A stretch of 64,000 nt of DNA, taken from NCBI GenBank assembly GCA_043228905.1, contig JBHGNT010000005.1:8742001-8806000 (forward strand), given 5' to 3'. Position 1 is the stretch's first letter; each line of letters starts with the position of its first letter. The DNA comes from Azolla caroliniana (taxonomy: Eukaryota; Plantae; Polypodiophyta). The notes beneath the pieces are model-generated. The model was not told the origin of the DNA. It did not search any database and worked only from the letters and a program-made list of their open reading frames with translations. This document shows positions 1-12,493 of this stretch, piece after piece. The position numbers and the translations under genes are program-made.

Positions 1-150
1 TCGCCGTCGCCGTCGCCTGTTGCTGTCGTCTTCTGACGACTACCGCTGTCTGCGGCCGTCGCTGTCTGCTACCGTCTGCAGTCGTCTTTTGCCGTCTGCT
101 GCCGTCTTCTGCCGTCGTTTGACGACTACCGCCGTCACCATCGCCGTCGT
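1..150 (+). repeat. Degenerate (GCCGTC)n-like repeats in the LINE 5' region
   Basis: Repeated gccgtc/gctgtc/accgtc hexamers. Confidence 0.6.
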
Positions 151-333
151 GGGGTGTTTCTTCTCCGTTTTCTCTTGACGTTGTGAAGTGCCATTTTCTT
201 GACGAGTTCGTGGGTGGGTTCTTTTGGTGTGCTCGTCGCGTGCTACAAAATGCCGATGTGATTGCGACATACACACAAAATCGGCTAAGTCTCGAACCCA
301 TTTATTTTACCTTTTTTTCTTATTGACACCACA

Positions 334-1050
334 ATGTCGTCTAAACGAACTAAGGAACATAAGGATATACAAGACGAGGCTATAAGTAAGGAGGACTTTT
401 TAGATATGTTTAATCGTTTAACAAAAATAGAGATGGATATGAATAAATGGGTGAAAGACACCGAAACCCACAAGAAAAAAGATAGAGAGGAAAAAGACGC
501 CCTCAAAGCCGAAATAGAACAACTTAAAGTGGAAAACACCGACCTTAAAAAACAACTTAAGGACATCGAGGTATCTCGAGAAGACGGTGAAATATCCTCT
601 ATAGAGGATATAAAGGATGAAATTAAAAAAGTTAAAGAGGAAGTTAATAATAACATAGAGTTAGCTAAAACGGGTTGGGTAGGTGTGGTTAAAAGAAACA
701 TTAAAAAAGAAATAAAAGATGAAAATATTGTTAATACCACCCTTGAAGAAGAGAAAATGCGTCAGGCTCGACGCTTAAATGTACGTGTCACTGGGCTCAA
801 GGAAGGTGCATCCCCAAATGAGGACGCACAAACACTTGGGAAAATGTTAGGGTACACAGAGGCCCTACCTATCACCAAAGCATGGAGGGCCTGGCGTGAC
901 ACAGCTAGGAAGAGAGCCTTAGTCCTTCAATTTAAAGACTTAGACTCTAGAATCACTTTCTTTAAGAAGAGACCAATCCTTCGAGGAATGGGTGGGGACC
1001 CCATCTATCTCGATGAAGACCTCACTAAGATGCAAATTGAGCATCGCAAG
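334..1050 (+). pseudogene. LINE ORF1, N-terminal part; C-terminus resumes at 6726-6821
   Basis: Coiled coil, then RRLNVRVTGLKE and IYLDEDLT motifs; frame continues after the TSD as SCMP*VMQARKE...DGRVIINDRTTN*. Confidence 0.85.
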
Positions 1051-1479
1051 TGTCAGGAACAATACTAAGACAGAGAAGGAATTAGTACTAAAAGAAGTAT
1101 TAGTACTAAGAGAGGTGAAGAACTCTCGAGAGAAGGAAAGAGTGAGTGAGAGGGAGAGAGAGATAGATAGATAGAGAGAGAGAGATGATAAGAAAAGATA
1201 TATTATGTGAAGAGAATGTACAATAGTAGCTAGGAGGCTTAAGACTAGCGTTGAACCGATTTGGTTCGAAATAATGCCTCGTGCCTCCTTTTATAGTGTT
1301 CTAAGGAATACTCCTGAAGTTTCTAGAATGTTCCAGAGAAATCTGGAATATACATCAATTTTCTATAATAAAACATAAATGAAAACAATATTCTACGTAT
1401 TACAATGTATGGTCTAATGGTCAAGAGCTCGACCCATATAACATAAGGTCATGGGTTCGAGTCTTGCCATATCAGGACA
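1051..1479 (-). repeat. 3' LTR of A1
   Basis: Direct repeat of 6278-6720, next to the PPT. Confidence 0.95.
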
Positions 1480-1490
1480 CTATCCCCCCT

Positions 1491-4400
1491 TTAAAACGAC
1501 GAGTGTAACGAGTCGTTTTGGATTGAGGACCTGGTTTGTCTGGATATTGATGATGGAAGTCTTCAAGAAGAGCATGAGCATTGGTGACATTCTTTATCGG
1601 TTCCCAAGTACGCTCACTGGGACTATATCCTAGCCAATCGACTAGATAGTAGAGCTTGTTGCGAACAATCTTGGAATCAAGGATGGCGGCAACCTCGTAC
1701 TCAGGTCCATCTTCAAGCTCGATCGGGGGTGGAGGCTATGTAATACGTCCTGGGATGGTGCTCTCTTGATAGGGTTCAAGGAGAGAACTATGAAACACCG
1801 GATGTATCCGATGTTGTGGAGGTAGATCGAGACGAAAAGCAACATCATTAATCTTTCCTATGATACGGAAAGGACCTAATCGCCGATAATCCAACTTCTC
1901 GCATGGGCGAGTAGTCTTGATGTGTCGTCGGAGTAGCCATACTCGATCTCCAATGTTAAAACTGGATGGGAGTCGATGACGATCCGCATAAACCTTGTGT
2001 GTTTGCTGAGCTTGTTGGAGATTAGTAGATAAATCCGCTTGTATCTTGCGTAACCGCTCCAAACGATCCTCCACGCAAGGATTTGTGGACACCTCTGGGG
2101 TTTCAAGTACACACCACCGGGGGTGACATCCCGTATAAACATAAAATGGCGTAACTTTAGTCGATGCGTGGATAGAGTTATTATAGGCAAATTCGGCGAA
2201 GTGGAGAATATCTGCCCAATCATCCTGATGATAGCTGAGAAAGCACCGCAAGTATATTGCTCTAGCGTTTGATTTGTTCGTTCGGCTTGGTCGTCGGTTT
2301 GTGGGTGGTAGCTGGAGGAGAGGTTACAAGTGACCTTGAGCATTTTAAAAAGGTGCTTCCAGAATTTTGACACGAACTGGGGTCCACGGTCGCTGACGAT
2401 ACTATCAGGAAGTCCATGATGCCGACATACTTCACGCATGACAATTTCGGCGGTGTCTTCACTGGATATTTCCTTAGTACATGGCAAAAAATGAGCCATC
2501 TTCGTATATTGATCTACCACTGTTAGAATCGCATTGAACCCTTTAGAGACTGGAAGATCTGTGATGAAGTCTAGAGCAATGGATGGCCACGGCTTGCTTG
2601 GTATTGGTAATGGTTATAATAAACCATACGGATGATGCCTTGGCATTTTTGCTCTGCAGCATGTGTCACAAGTCCGAACAAAATCTTCGACAAATTATTG
2701 CATACGGGGCCACCAGAATGATCGTTGTACTAAATCTAATGTTTTAGTACTACCAAAATGCCCAGCTGTATATGTGTCATGACAGTTTTGTACTACTTGA
2801 AGGCGGGAAGAACCATTAGGAACATACAAAAGTTCTTTAAAGAAGAGTAATCCATCATGGTATTTGAATTGCCGATAGTCCGTACCTGGTGGTTGCGACT
2901 GTGAACACGACACTCGAGATGGATCAATTTGTGCTAGTATAGCTTGGGCGAAAGCATCTGTCTTCAGGTCCGCACGTATGATATCGATAACGTGGGAATC
3001 CATGGGCATGCCAAAGACCTGTGTTGCTTGCAGTCGTGCTGGTCCCAAGATTACTTGCTTTTGGTTATCGAAAGCTGGCTCGCCGGGACGCAGTGCTAGG
3101 TACGAACGCTGTGATAATGCATCTGCTTTCCCTTGATGTTTCCCAGGTCGATATGTAATCTTGAAGTCGAAACGCGTGAGAAAATGGGTCCACCGAGCTT
3201 GACGTCGATTTAACACACAAGCGTCTTGAAAATAGGCGAGGTTTTTGTGGTCACTGAATACAATGACTTGATGAGAAGATCCCTCTAGAAAATGCCTCCA
3301 TTGCATAAAAGAGTCCACTATAGCCAATAGCTCTTTATCATGAATTTCGTAGTTGATTTCGGCGGCGTCAAACTTGTGTGAGTGAAAAGCCACAGGATGT
3401 AGCTTTTCATCATTACCTCGTTGTGATAGAATGCTTCCCAATGCAAAATCCGATGCGTCCGCTTCGATGATGAATGGTTTTTCTGGATCAACGTGAGCTA
3501 GAATCGGAGCCGATGTAAATGCCTGTTTAAGATTCTCAAAAACCGTGTCTGCTTCTTCAGACCAAACGAATGATTGTCCCTTCCTAGTAAGTTGTGTAAG
3601 AGGCAAAACGAGCTTTGAGTAATCCTTTATAAACTTCCGGTAAAAATTGGCAAAGCCTAGAAAGCATTGCACATCCTGCACCGAACGCGGAGTCTGCCAT
3701 TCTACCACCGTTTTGACCTTAGCTGGGTCCATGGAGATGCCTTCTGAGGAAATGACATAGCCAAGAAATTCCACCTGGTTGCACCCGAAACTACATTTTT
3801 CTAGCTTTGCATAGAGACCATGTTCTCGAAGTCGTTTTAGTACTAACAGTACATGAGAATCATGCTCTTCTTGGGTCTTCGAGTAAACTAGTAGATCATC
3901 CAAATAGATGATTAGACACACATCCAAGAGATCTCGGAAAATATCATTTGCCATGTGCTGGAAGACTGCTGGCGCATTAGTGAGGCCGAACGGCATGACC
4001 GTATACTCGAAGTGCCCATATCTGGTGCGGAACGCGGTCTTCCATTCATCTCCTGGTCGGATCCGTACGAGGTTATAGGCTCCGTAAGTCGATCTTCGTG
4101 AAGAACCTGGCACCATTGATCCGTTCTAAAAGACTTGAGATAAGGGGGAGTGCATACCTATTTCGGATTGTAACCTTATTCAAGCCACGGTAATCTACAA
4201 CGAGCCGAAATGAGTCATCCTTTTTCTTGACGAAGAAAATGGGTGCGCTGGCTGGAGATTTCAAATGTCGTATGAAACCATTCTCCAAATTCTCCTCTAT
4301 ATAGGCTTGAAGGACTTCCAGTTCAGTTGGTGACAAATTGTAGATCGGTCCCCAAGGTGGCTCTTTCCCCGGTTGTAAATCGATGGGGCAATCATATGGT

Positions 4401-5060
4401 CGATGGTGAGGAAGCGTACTGGCTTGTACTTTATCAAACACATCGGCATACTGATGATACTTCTCTGGAAGTTGAACGGTGGAATCCTCTTTAGTGGTGC
4501 TGGAGGGGTTTACTGATATTGCGAAGAGGAACATTTCTTCCTTGCATCCTTCCTCACGCAACTGATGTAGTGAAATCGTTGCAATCTCATGAGTAGACCC
4601 TCGGGCTTTTCGATGCCGGATTTCTCTTGTCCGCCAATCTATGTCTGGGTTATGTAATTCGAACCATGGTAATCCTAAGACAATGGGGTGTCTTGGGATG
4701 CTAATTATATTAAATGATATGACACATGCTAGATTATCTAGGACAACATTAACGGGCTCTGACTCTTCTATGATATTTCTTGAGGCAATGGGACGACCAT
4801 CAACGACTACTACAAGGGCAGGACACGAGAGTTTTCTGAGAGATATCTGATGAGCTTGGGCAAATTTCCTATCCATGAAACAAGAATTAGCTCCGGAATC
4901 TAGAAGTGCTAAGACATGTACTGGAGGAGTACTTTTAGTACTAACTGTTACTTAAGCTACGAACACATTGCTAACTTGCTTAGAGGGAATGGAACCACTA
5001 ATGGGCTGCACAGATCTAGGGCTGTCCAACCAAACGGCTCCTATTTTGGCTGGACTTAGT
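1491..5060 (-). pseudogene. pol: A1 pol (PR-RT-RH-IN-chromodomain), frameshifted
   Basis: ORF pieces 4073-4876, 2695-4116, 1876-2520, 1736-2251; motifs LLDSGA, YLDD, DASD, SDRGPQF, GPF. Confidence 0.92.
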
Positions 5061-6197
5061 CGTTTAACTCTTCTTCTAACTGACTAAGGACATCAAATTT
5101 GTTCGCTAGATTTGGGCTATTAGTACTATTAGGACTATCAGATATCCCTACTGAAATAGACTCGGCTTTAGTACAATCAGAACTAGCAACTATTTGGTTT
5201 ACCTGCCTTCTTGGCCTATGGGGACAATTTATTGCGATATGCCCTGGTCCACCGCAATAAAGACATAGTCGGTTTGCTCGGCATCGTTGCTTTTCTTCTT
5301 CCGATAGCGGTCCACGACGACGTGTGGTGTCAATTTCCATCGGAGTTGGAGGACTTGCTGGAGGCGCATTATATGACTCCCTCGGAAAAGGTTTCACTAC
5401 CACTGAGGCATAGGTAGGCTCTGATCTTGTCCTCGGAATCTGGAATTGTCGTTCCGAACGTCGTTTGAAGAGGCGATTGTCGCATCTCACCGCACGACTA
5501 ATTGCTTCTGTTAATGACTTTGGCTCTTCGGGGAAGGTCAAGAGTAAATCCTTGACATCGTTGCGTAAGCCATAACGGAATTGCTCCATCAATGCGTGAT
5601 CATCCCAAGGGATATCGGCAGCGAGCAGGCGGAAATCTGCAGCGTATGCGGAAGCTGGACGATCACCTTGGCGTAATCACCGGATTTTGTTGATTGCAGT
5701 CCTTATGCTGTCAGTATCTCCAAAACAGGCCTTAAACTCACTTATAAACTCTTTAAAACTGTTTAAAATGGAGAATCCTTTTCCAACAATGGAGAAAACC
5801 ATGCTAACGCTGAGCCACTAAGGAGAATGCCTACTAGTCCCACTCGTGATGCATCGGTGGGATATCGAGAAGGATGCATTTGTATCACTAAACGTACCTG
5901 ATTCAAAAACCCTCTAAACTGTGATCGGGTCCCATCAAATTTTGCAGGAAGACCGATCTTGGGTTCTTTGTGAATCTCTTGAGTGCTTGATCCTTGTTGT
6001 TGTAACGATATGATAGTCGCTTCGAGTTGTTGTACACGTAGTGTCAGCTCCCCGTGTTGTTGTTGTTTTTCTAGTGCTATTTTTTGAAGATCCCCCAATA
6101 AGCGATGATTTTCTTGTTCTAGTGCTACAAATTTCTCTTTTAAGCACTGGAGCTCCAAGAAAATAGATTGGTATTCCTGAGCGCTAACAGTTTCCAT
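5056..6197 (-). pseudogene. gag: A1 gag with CCHC knuckle, frameshifted
   Basis: METVSAQEYQ start, PAKFDG, LCLYCGGPGHIAINC. Confidence 0.9.
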
Positions 6198-6376
6198 TTT
6201 ACTAGGGAGGATAAGAGGATTAATAAGAAGATAAAAGGAAAAGGAGGAAAGGAAGATCGACCAAAATCGGTTCAAACTGTCAGGAACAGTACTAAGACAG
6301 AGAAGGAATTAGTACTAAAAGAAATATTAGTACTAAGAGAGGTGAAGAACTCTCGAGAGAAGGAAAGAGTGAGTGA

Positions 6377-6431
<55 letters not shown>

Positions 6432-6545
6432 AGAAAAGATATATTATGTGAAGAGAATGTACAGTAGTAGCTAGGAGGCTTAAGACTGGCGTTGAACCGA
6501 TTTGGTTCGAAATAATGCCTCATGCCTCCTTTTATAGTGTTCTAA

Positions 6546-6575
6546 GGAATACTCCTGAAGTTTCTAGAATGTTCC
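6546..6575. promoter_or_regulatory. Heat-shock element array in A1 U3 (copy at about 1306-1333)
   Basis: GAAgtTTCtaGAAtgTTC, four perfect alternating nGAAn units upstream of the minus-strand TATA. Confidence 0.65.
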
Positions 6576-6650
6576 AGAGAGATATGGAATATACATCAAT
6601 TTTCTATAATAAAACATAAATGAAAATAATATTCTACGTATTACAATGTA

Positions 6651-6710
6651 TGGTCTAATGGTCAAGAGCTCGACCCATGTAGCATAAGGTCATGGGTTCG
6701 AGTCTTGCCA
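6651..6710 (+). other. tRNA-like Pol III A-box/B-box module, antisense in A1 U3 (copy at 1410-1469)
   Basis: TGGTCTAATGG ... GGTTCGAGTC at tRNA-like spacing; no complete cloverleaf. Confidence 0.55.
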
Positions 6711-6857
6711 TATCATGACAACAAGAGTTGTATGCCATGAGTTATGCAAGCTCGTAAAGAATGCCATCACGCCTTTTACTGAGACGGGCGAGTGATCATA
6801 AATGATCGCACTACTAATTGACGGCGTGTGGCCCATGTGACAGAAAGTGCACTTAGG

Positions 6858-9800
6858 ATGACCCTATGGAATTGTCACGACGCACTCTGGGCACACCCCA
6901 GCCGCCTAGAGGAGATACTAAAGGTATCTGATATACTTTTCTTGGTAGAAACACATCAGAGCCCAAATAGAGGACTCCCACGGGTCGAAGGATTCTGTTG
7001 GGAGTCTGCTTTTAGACAAACCTCACGTCGACACACTACTAGGGGATCTGGAGGTGTCGCGATACTGTTTCGTAGAGAGCTACATAATAGGATAGAAATA
7101 ATGAAGATAGACCCAGAAGCTCGTTTTATGTGGGTGAAAGTCTCCACAAGCAAAGACCAGGCAGTATTTTTCGCCATTTGTTACTTTCCCCCAAAAGGAT
7201 CCCGTTATAATATTGGTGGCTTGGCGAGATTAGTCGATGAAGGGATGCCACATGGGCCTTCTCCATACGAACCCCTATCGGATGACATAATTCGATATTC
7301 TTGCCAAGGAGAAGTATTTCTTGTAGGAGACTTCAATGCGAGAACCCAATCCTGACAATGCACAGTATTTTAGATGAATAGAAACCTAGAAATGGTCAAT
7401 GTTGATCCTTTAGACATAAGCACCACATGTAGATCAAAGGATCAAGGTGCGAACGCCACGAGCTTTGGCCATCATCTGCTCGAACTTGGCAGTCAGCACC
7501 GGATAGTCATATATAATGGTTTAGCTAAGTGGCCGGGCTCAGAAGAGCTCACATGTTTCCCACATGGAGGAGGGGAAAGCACAGTTGACTATCTAATAGG
7601 GCGCCCTGAAGCTACCCACATGATTAACTCCTTCCGAGTGGCCCCATGACCTATTGGCGCAGACCATAGTTTCTTATACTTCGAGCTAAAATGTGATACC
7701 TCTAAGGTCACCAAGTCTAGTCAACCATGCCATCACACCACAATACATTTCACACATGAGCTCTCTGACATATACTCTCAACATGTTCAGGCCCATCTCC
7801 CCTCCCTTGATCCCTCCCTACCGTTAGAAAGCCTTAGTACAAAACTCACACACATCCTTCACTCCGCAACAGCTAGCAGTTTCCCATATACAAAACACTC
7901 AAATCAAGGTACATCAGGATCAATGCCACAAAATAAATGGTATGACGAGGATTGTAGGGACTTACATAGACAACTTACAATATCGCAACTCAATGGTAGT
8001 ATTACCTCCATACAAGCTCGCAAAGAAATGCGTAAGATGACACGTCGTAAGAGATGAGCATGGGAGGCATCCCAATATTGGGAACTCTACCATATGCTCA
8101 TGAGTAGCGATTGCGCCACGGCATGGAAGAGACTACGGGAGCCAAGACCACAAACACCCATCGAAGATCCCGAAACTTGGCACACATATACAAAGAGACT
8201 TTACCAAATCCCAAACCAACCACCCATTCCAATGCCTTCCACACCCCGGCCTACCACGGGGACACTTTTCACGACCTCTAGGGTCGTGAAGGTCATAAAG
8301 AAATTATAACATAGGAAATCCATGGACCACACAGGATTGCGAGCAGAACACATTATATATGCGAGAGAGTGCCTAGCTCCCTTGCTAACTCTAATCTTCA
8401 ATCGTGCCCTTGCGGAGGGTTTTCCACCACAGTGGACTATGAATACAGTGGCCCCCATACATAAAGGGGGGGACCCCATGGACCCAAATACATATAGGAC
8501 CATTATGATAGGCCATACCCTTGCTAAGTTATATGGTGCAGTAATGGAACCAGAGCTTAGCGACTATATGGAGACCCTAAACCTTTGTGCACCTGAACAA
8601 GCTGGCTTTAGACGAGCCTTCTCCACTATTGATCATATCTTCACACTTAGATGCCTAATTGACCAAACTAAGGCTTGCAAGAAGAAATTATATTGTTGTT
8701 TTGTGGACTTCCGCAAAGCTTTTGACACAGTCCCTAGAGAGCGGTTGTTTGATAGACTTAAAAGTTTGAGGATACCAGATGATACGGTATGGGCCATCTA
8801 CGCACTATATGAAAAAGTGTCCGGGTGTGCCCGATGCCCAGGTGGCCTATCTAATCGTTTCACTAGCACTATTGGTGTAAAACAAGGTTGCCCCCTATCA
8901 CCGACGCTTTTTGGGATCTACATTGATGAGATCACAGATTTTATTGCTCGTGAGGGAGGCACCAGAGTGGTCCTTGGGGATACGCAGGTTCGTATCTTGC
9001 TCTATGCGGATGACATAGTTTTGCTCTCTGAATCCGAACACGACCTACAAAGGCACCTTAATGCCTTAGATGACTTTTGTGTACAATGCGGATTGGAAGT
9101 GAATCTAGGGAAAACGAAAGTCCTTATCTTCCACACATCGGCCCAAGTTAGAGCTAAGTGTCACCTAACTATCTCCCATAGCCCAGTCGAGGTGATTGGA
9201 TCATACGTCTATCTCGGACTCACTTTTAGTGCCCGCTCAGGTAAATTTTCGATGACACAAGCAACGAAGGATAGACTCACGAGAGGACATGCATCCCTCT
9301 CACTCCTATAGAGACAATGCCACCAAGCACACTTTCAAGAGCCACGGACTAAAGGGTGGCTCTTTGACTCATTAGTGACCCCCTCCCTCATGTATGCATC
9401 AGCGGTTTGGGCTCCAGGATTACCATCTTTCATGTGGACGCAATTAGAGAGACCATTGGTGATGATGCTATCATGCCAACTCCGAAGCAAATCGACTGTA
9501 CCACATGACATCATTAGGGCTGAGTTCACGTTACCCCCAATGTTAGTAGAGGCACTTTTTCAACTTGTAGTCTTCATTCACAGGATACATAGCCAACCAC
9601 ATGATAGAATATCTCATCAAACCTTTAAGGCCTCTCGATCATTGTATGAGTCCGGCTATACTAGCTCATGGTATGGCATGATGGTGAGTTGGCTTCTTGC
9701 GAATGGTCTAGACATTAATAACCTACCTCCCCTTAGGTACAACCACACGAGTGATAACACTTTAATCTCTCATGAGGACCGCAATAAAGTAATACGCCAA

Positions 9801-10529
9801 TAAATATGGCAAATTTACACTCGGTGTAAATGGATCACCGCACTAGAGCCACTCCCATCTAAAATGTTGTACTATAAGAAACACTTCATGCACTTCTCTG
9901 AGTTAGGTTTTATCACGCGGCCAAAATATCTAGATGTATTCTTACCACATGCACTAAGGGTTGCCATTGGACAACTTAGAATATCATCTCACCAACTTGA
10001 GATTGAGAATGGCCGTACTAGTGGAGTCCTTAGGGAGGAAAGGATATGTAGGTTATGTCACATAGAGATAGAGGATGAGTACCACTTTACATGCAAGTGT
10101 CCAACCTATGCCGAGATAAGGGCAAAATACCAAGACATACTTGGTTCGTCTCCCACCCTCCCCAAACTATTAGATACTCTAGAGCTAAAACAACACAGAG
10201 AGAATAAGTTACAAAATGTTGACAATAATGTTGCTAATGATCACGAACATGTAACAAATGAAGTTTTTCAGGAATAGGAGGAGACAACGAATGCCGACAC
10301 ACTTGCACCACTCGGCCTTTCCATTGATGAGGCAGAAAACCAGAGAAGAACCAGACGTCCTCGGGTGCCGGGTTTCAAAGCAACTCGACGTGATGTGGAA
10401 GCAATATTGAAAATAAGGGAACGTGAGCTACACTGCCTAGAAGCCATGGCTAGGGCACTCTCTACATTGGAACCCACATCAAGACCCTTTGACCCCCCAC
10501 TTCTTTTCGAGAGGCTTGGGTGGAAGTAA
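6858..10529 (+). pseudogene. LINE ORF2 (EN-RT-Zn knuckle) with in-frame stops
   Basis: Collinear ORF pieces 6828-7355, 7374-7649, 8094-8309, 8322-9311, 9375-9803, 9864-10277. Confidence 0.9.
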
Positions 10530-10710
10530 AATTAGGCTTAGTGTATAGTCACTTTCGAGTATACTACGTATTGTACACTACTAGAACTCTTTTAGTTTAA
10601 GTTCTATTTTTTACTTAATTTTATTTTAGTTATGATGACTAGATAAATACTCTTTTGCTGTAAACCAATTGTCTCATGGGCCAAATTTGGCCTTAGAAGA
10701 CGTTAATATA

Positions 10711-10735
10711 TCTTTCTTTCTTTCTTTCTTTCTAT
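10711..10735 (+). repeat. (TCTT)n 3' tail of the LINE
   Basis: tctttctttctttctttctttc after an AT-rich 3' UTR. Confidence 0.65.
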
Positions 10736-10844
10736 CTCTCCTGTGTAAAGTGTATTCTTAAGCGTCCATTAAATCTTCATCTCTATTTTACTGTTGTTAC
10801 CCGACTGAGCTGGTTTGTCTACAAGCTTCCATATATTAACTTTC

Positions 10845-12203
10845 GTCAATCCAAGGTCTGACATGAATTGCCGAAGCTTGTCGGCTCCTAGGGCTTTGAT
10901 GAAGATGTTGGATGTCTCAATATTCGTGTTGATATGTTGAAAGTCAACATCTCCAGCCTAAACACGCTCTCAGATGAAGTGATAACGTGTGGAACGCCGG
11001 GTTCTGAGGTAGATAAATACTGCTCATGTTGTCGCAGAAAAAGGGGAGTCAGATATTTGATGGGAACACCCAGATCCTTCAAAATCCTCTTCAGCCATAC
11101 GACTTCATATGCAACCACTGATGTGCCCTTGTATTCGGCCTCTGTGCTCGAAAGTGCAACAATCGGTTGCTCCTTGCTACTCCAAGACATTGCTCCGCTG
11201 CTGAGGGAGAAAGAAAATCCGCATGTCGATCGTTGATCAGTTGTCGATACTGAGTTGGCTCACACTCTTCTGTGCCAAAGTCGGCATCGAGTTTGAGGTT
11301 TCCATCGAGAGGGGTTGCCACAGATTTGCACTCAGTCATCCCAAACTTGTATAACAAGTTGAGGATGTAGTGCCATTGGGAGATCATAATGCCGGATGGA
11401 GTTCAAATTACCTCGATTCCAAGGAAGGAAGTAATGGAGCTCCTTCATGTCCGTCATCTTGAATTTTCCAGAGAGGAGGAACTTGACCTTGTTGACGTCG
11501 ACTAGATTCTCACCTGCAATGACCAGATCATCCATGTAGAGGATGATGACAATCAAACTTCCACAAATCGCTTCTTATGTAGAGGGAGTTCTCGGATTTC
11601 GACATTCTAAAACCGATTTGATGAAGATACTGTGTTATCTTCGAGTGCCAAGCACGTGGTGCTTGCTTAAGTCTGTAGAGAGGCTTCTTAAGTCAGCATA
11701 CCACTTTCGGATGGATGTTGGATTCGAAGCTGGGTAATTATACCATGTACACCTCCTCTTCTAATTCTCCTTGAAGAAAGGCGTTCTTGACGTCCATTTG
11801 ATGGAGGTGCCACCCTTTCGCCGCTGCAAGTGCAATCATGGTCCATACAATTGTCATCTTTGCCACCAGGGCAAAGGTCTCTTCATAGTCGACTCCATGT
11901 GTTTGTGCGTATCCTTTCGCTACGAGTCGAGCTTTGTAGTGATTGACAGAGCCATCAACATTATACTTCACTTTGTAAATCCACCTACAACCGATTTCCT
12001 TTTTGTGTGGTGAGTGGGGAACGAGATCCCACGTCTCGTTCTTGCATAGTGCCTGCATCTCCTCGTTCATTTCTTCGACCCATTGTGGATCCTTGGCTGC
12101 TTCGGAGAAACTTTCTGGTTCTCGAACTGCTGCCACGTTCATCATAAAGGCATAGTGGTATGCCATATAGTCATTCTAGCCAAATCGGCTAACTAGATTC
12201 TTT
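10845..12203 (-). pseudogene. pol: Copia L RT-RNase H fragment
   Basis: [34 protein letters not shown]. Confidence 0.9.
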
Positions 12204-12493
12204 TGTTGGGAATTCAGTCCCTCTGGATGGTATCCAAATGAGAATCGGACAAGCTAGATCGGATGAGCCAAAGGAAAGAACCGAACTGGATGGATCCGGA
12301 AGATACCCGGAAACCGGATCAGATGGATCCAGTTCGTATTCAGCCAGGGTTTAGGGTTCAAGCTCACCGGCTCCAACTACCTAGTATGGAAGTCGAAGAT
12401 GAGGGACATGTTGGTGGTCAAAGATCTTTGGTTGCCGGTACAGTTTGGAGATAAAAGACCAGACAAGATCAATGCCACAACCTGGGAAGTAAT

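Larger units (their letters stand above)
1051..6720 (-). mobile_element. Ty3/Gypsy chromovirus A1 (Tcn1-like), full length, degenerate
   Basis: LTRs 1051-1479 and 6278-6720, TSD gcaag/acaag, PPT at 1480-1492, order gag-PR-RT(YLDD)-RH-IN-chromodomain. Confidence 0.95.
6278..6720 (-). repeat. 5' LTR of A1
   Basis: Direct repeat of 1051-1479 with a longer (GA)n tract. Confidence 0.95.
1..10735 (+). mobile_element. Degenerate two-ORF LINE (RTE-X/L1-like), split by LTR element A1 at 1051-6720; 5' end may lie outside the window
   Basis: Coiled-coil ORF1; ORF2 with AP endonuclease (LWNC, ETH, GDFNA, DY), RT (QAGFR, DFRKAFD, GVKQGCPLSP, YADD) and C-terminal CxxC-H-C; (TCTT)n tail. Clade assignment is tentative. 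Confidence 0.9.

Noticed and set aside
6651-6712. Functional tRNA genes in the LTRs
   Set aside because: Acceptor, anticodon and T stems do not pair properly, and in family A an alternative long hairpin dominates. Reported only as tRNA-like promoter modules.
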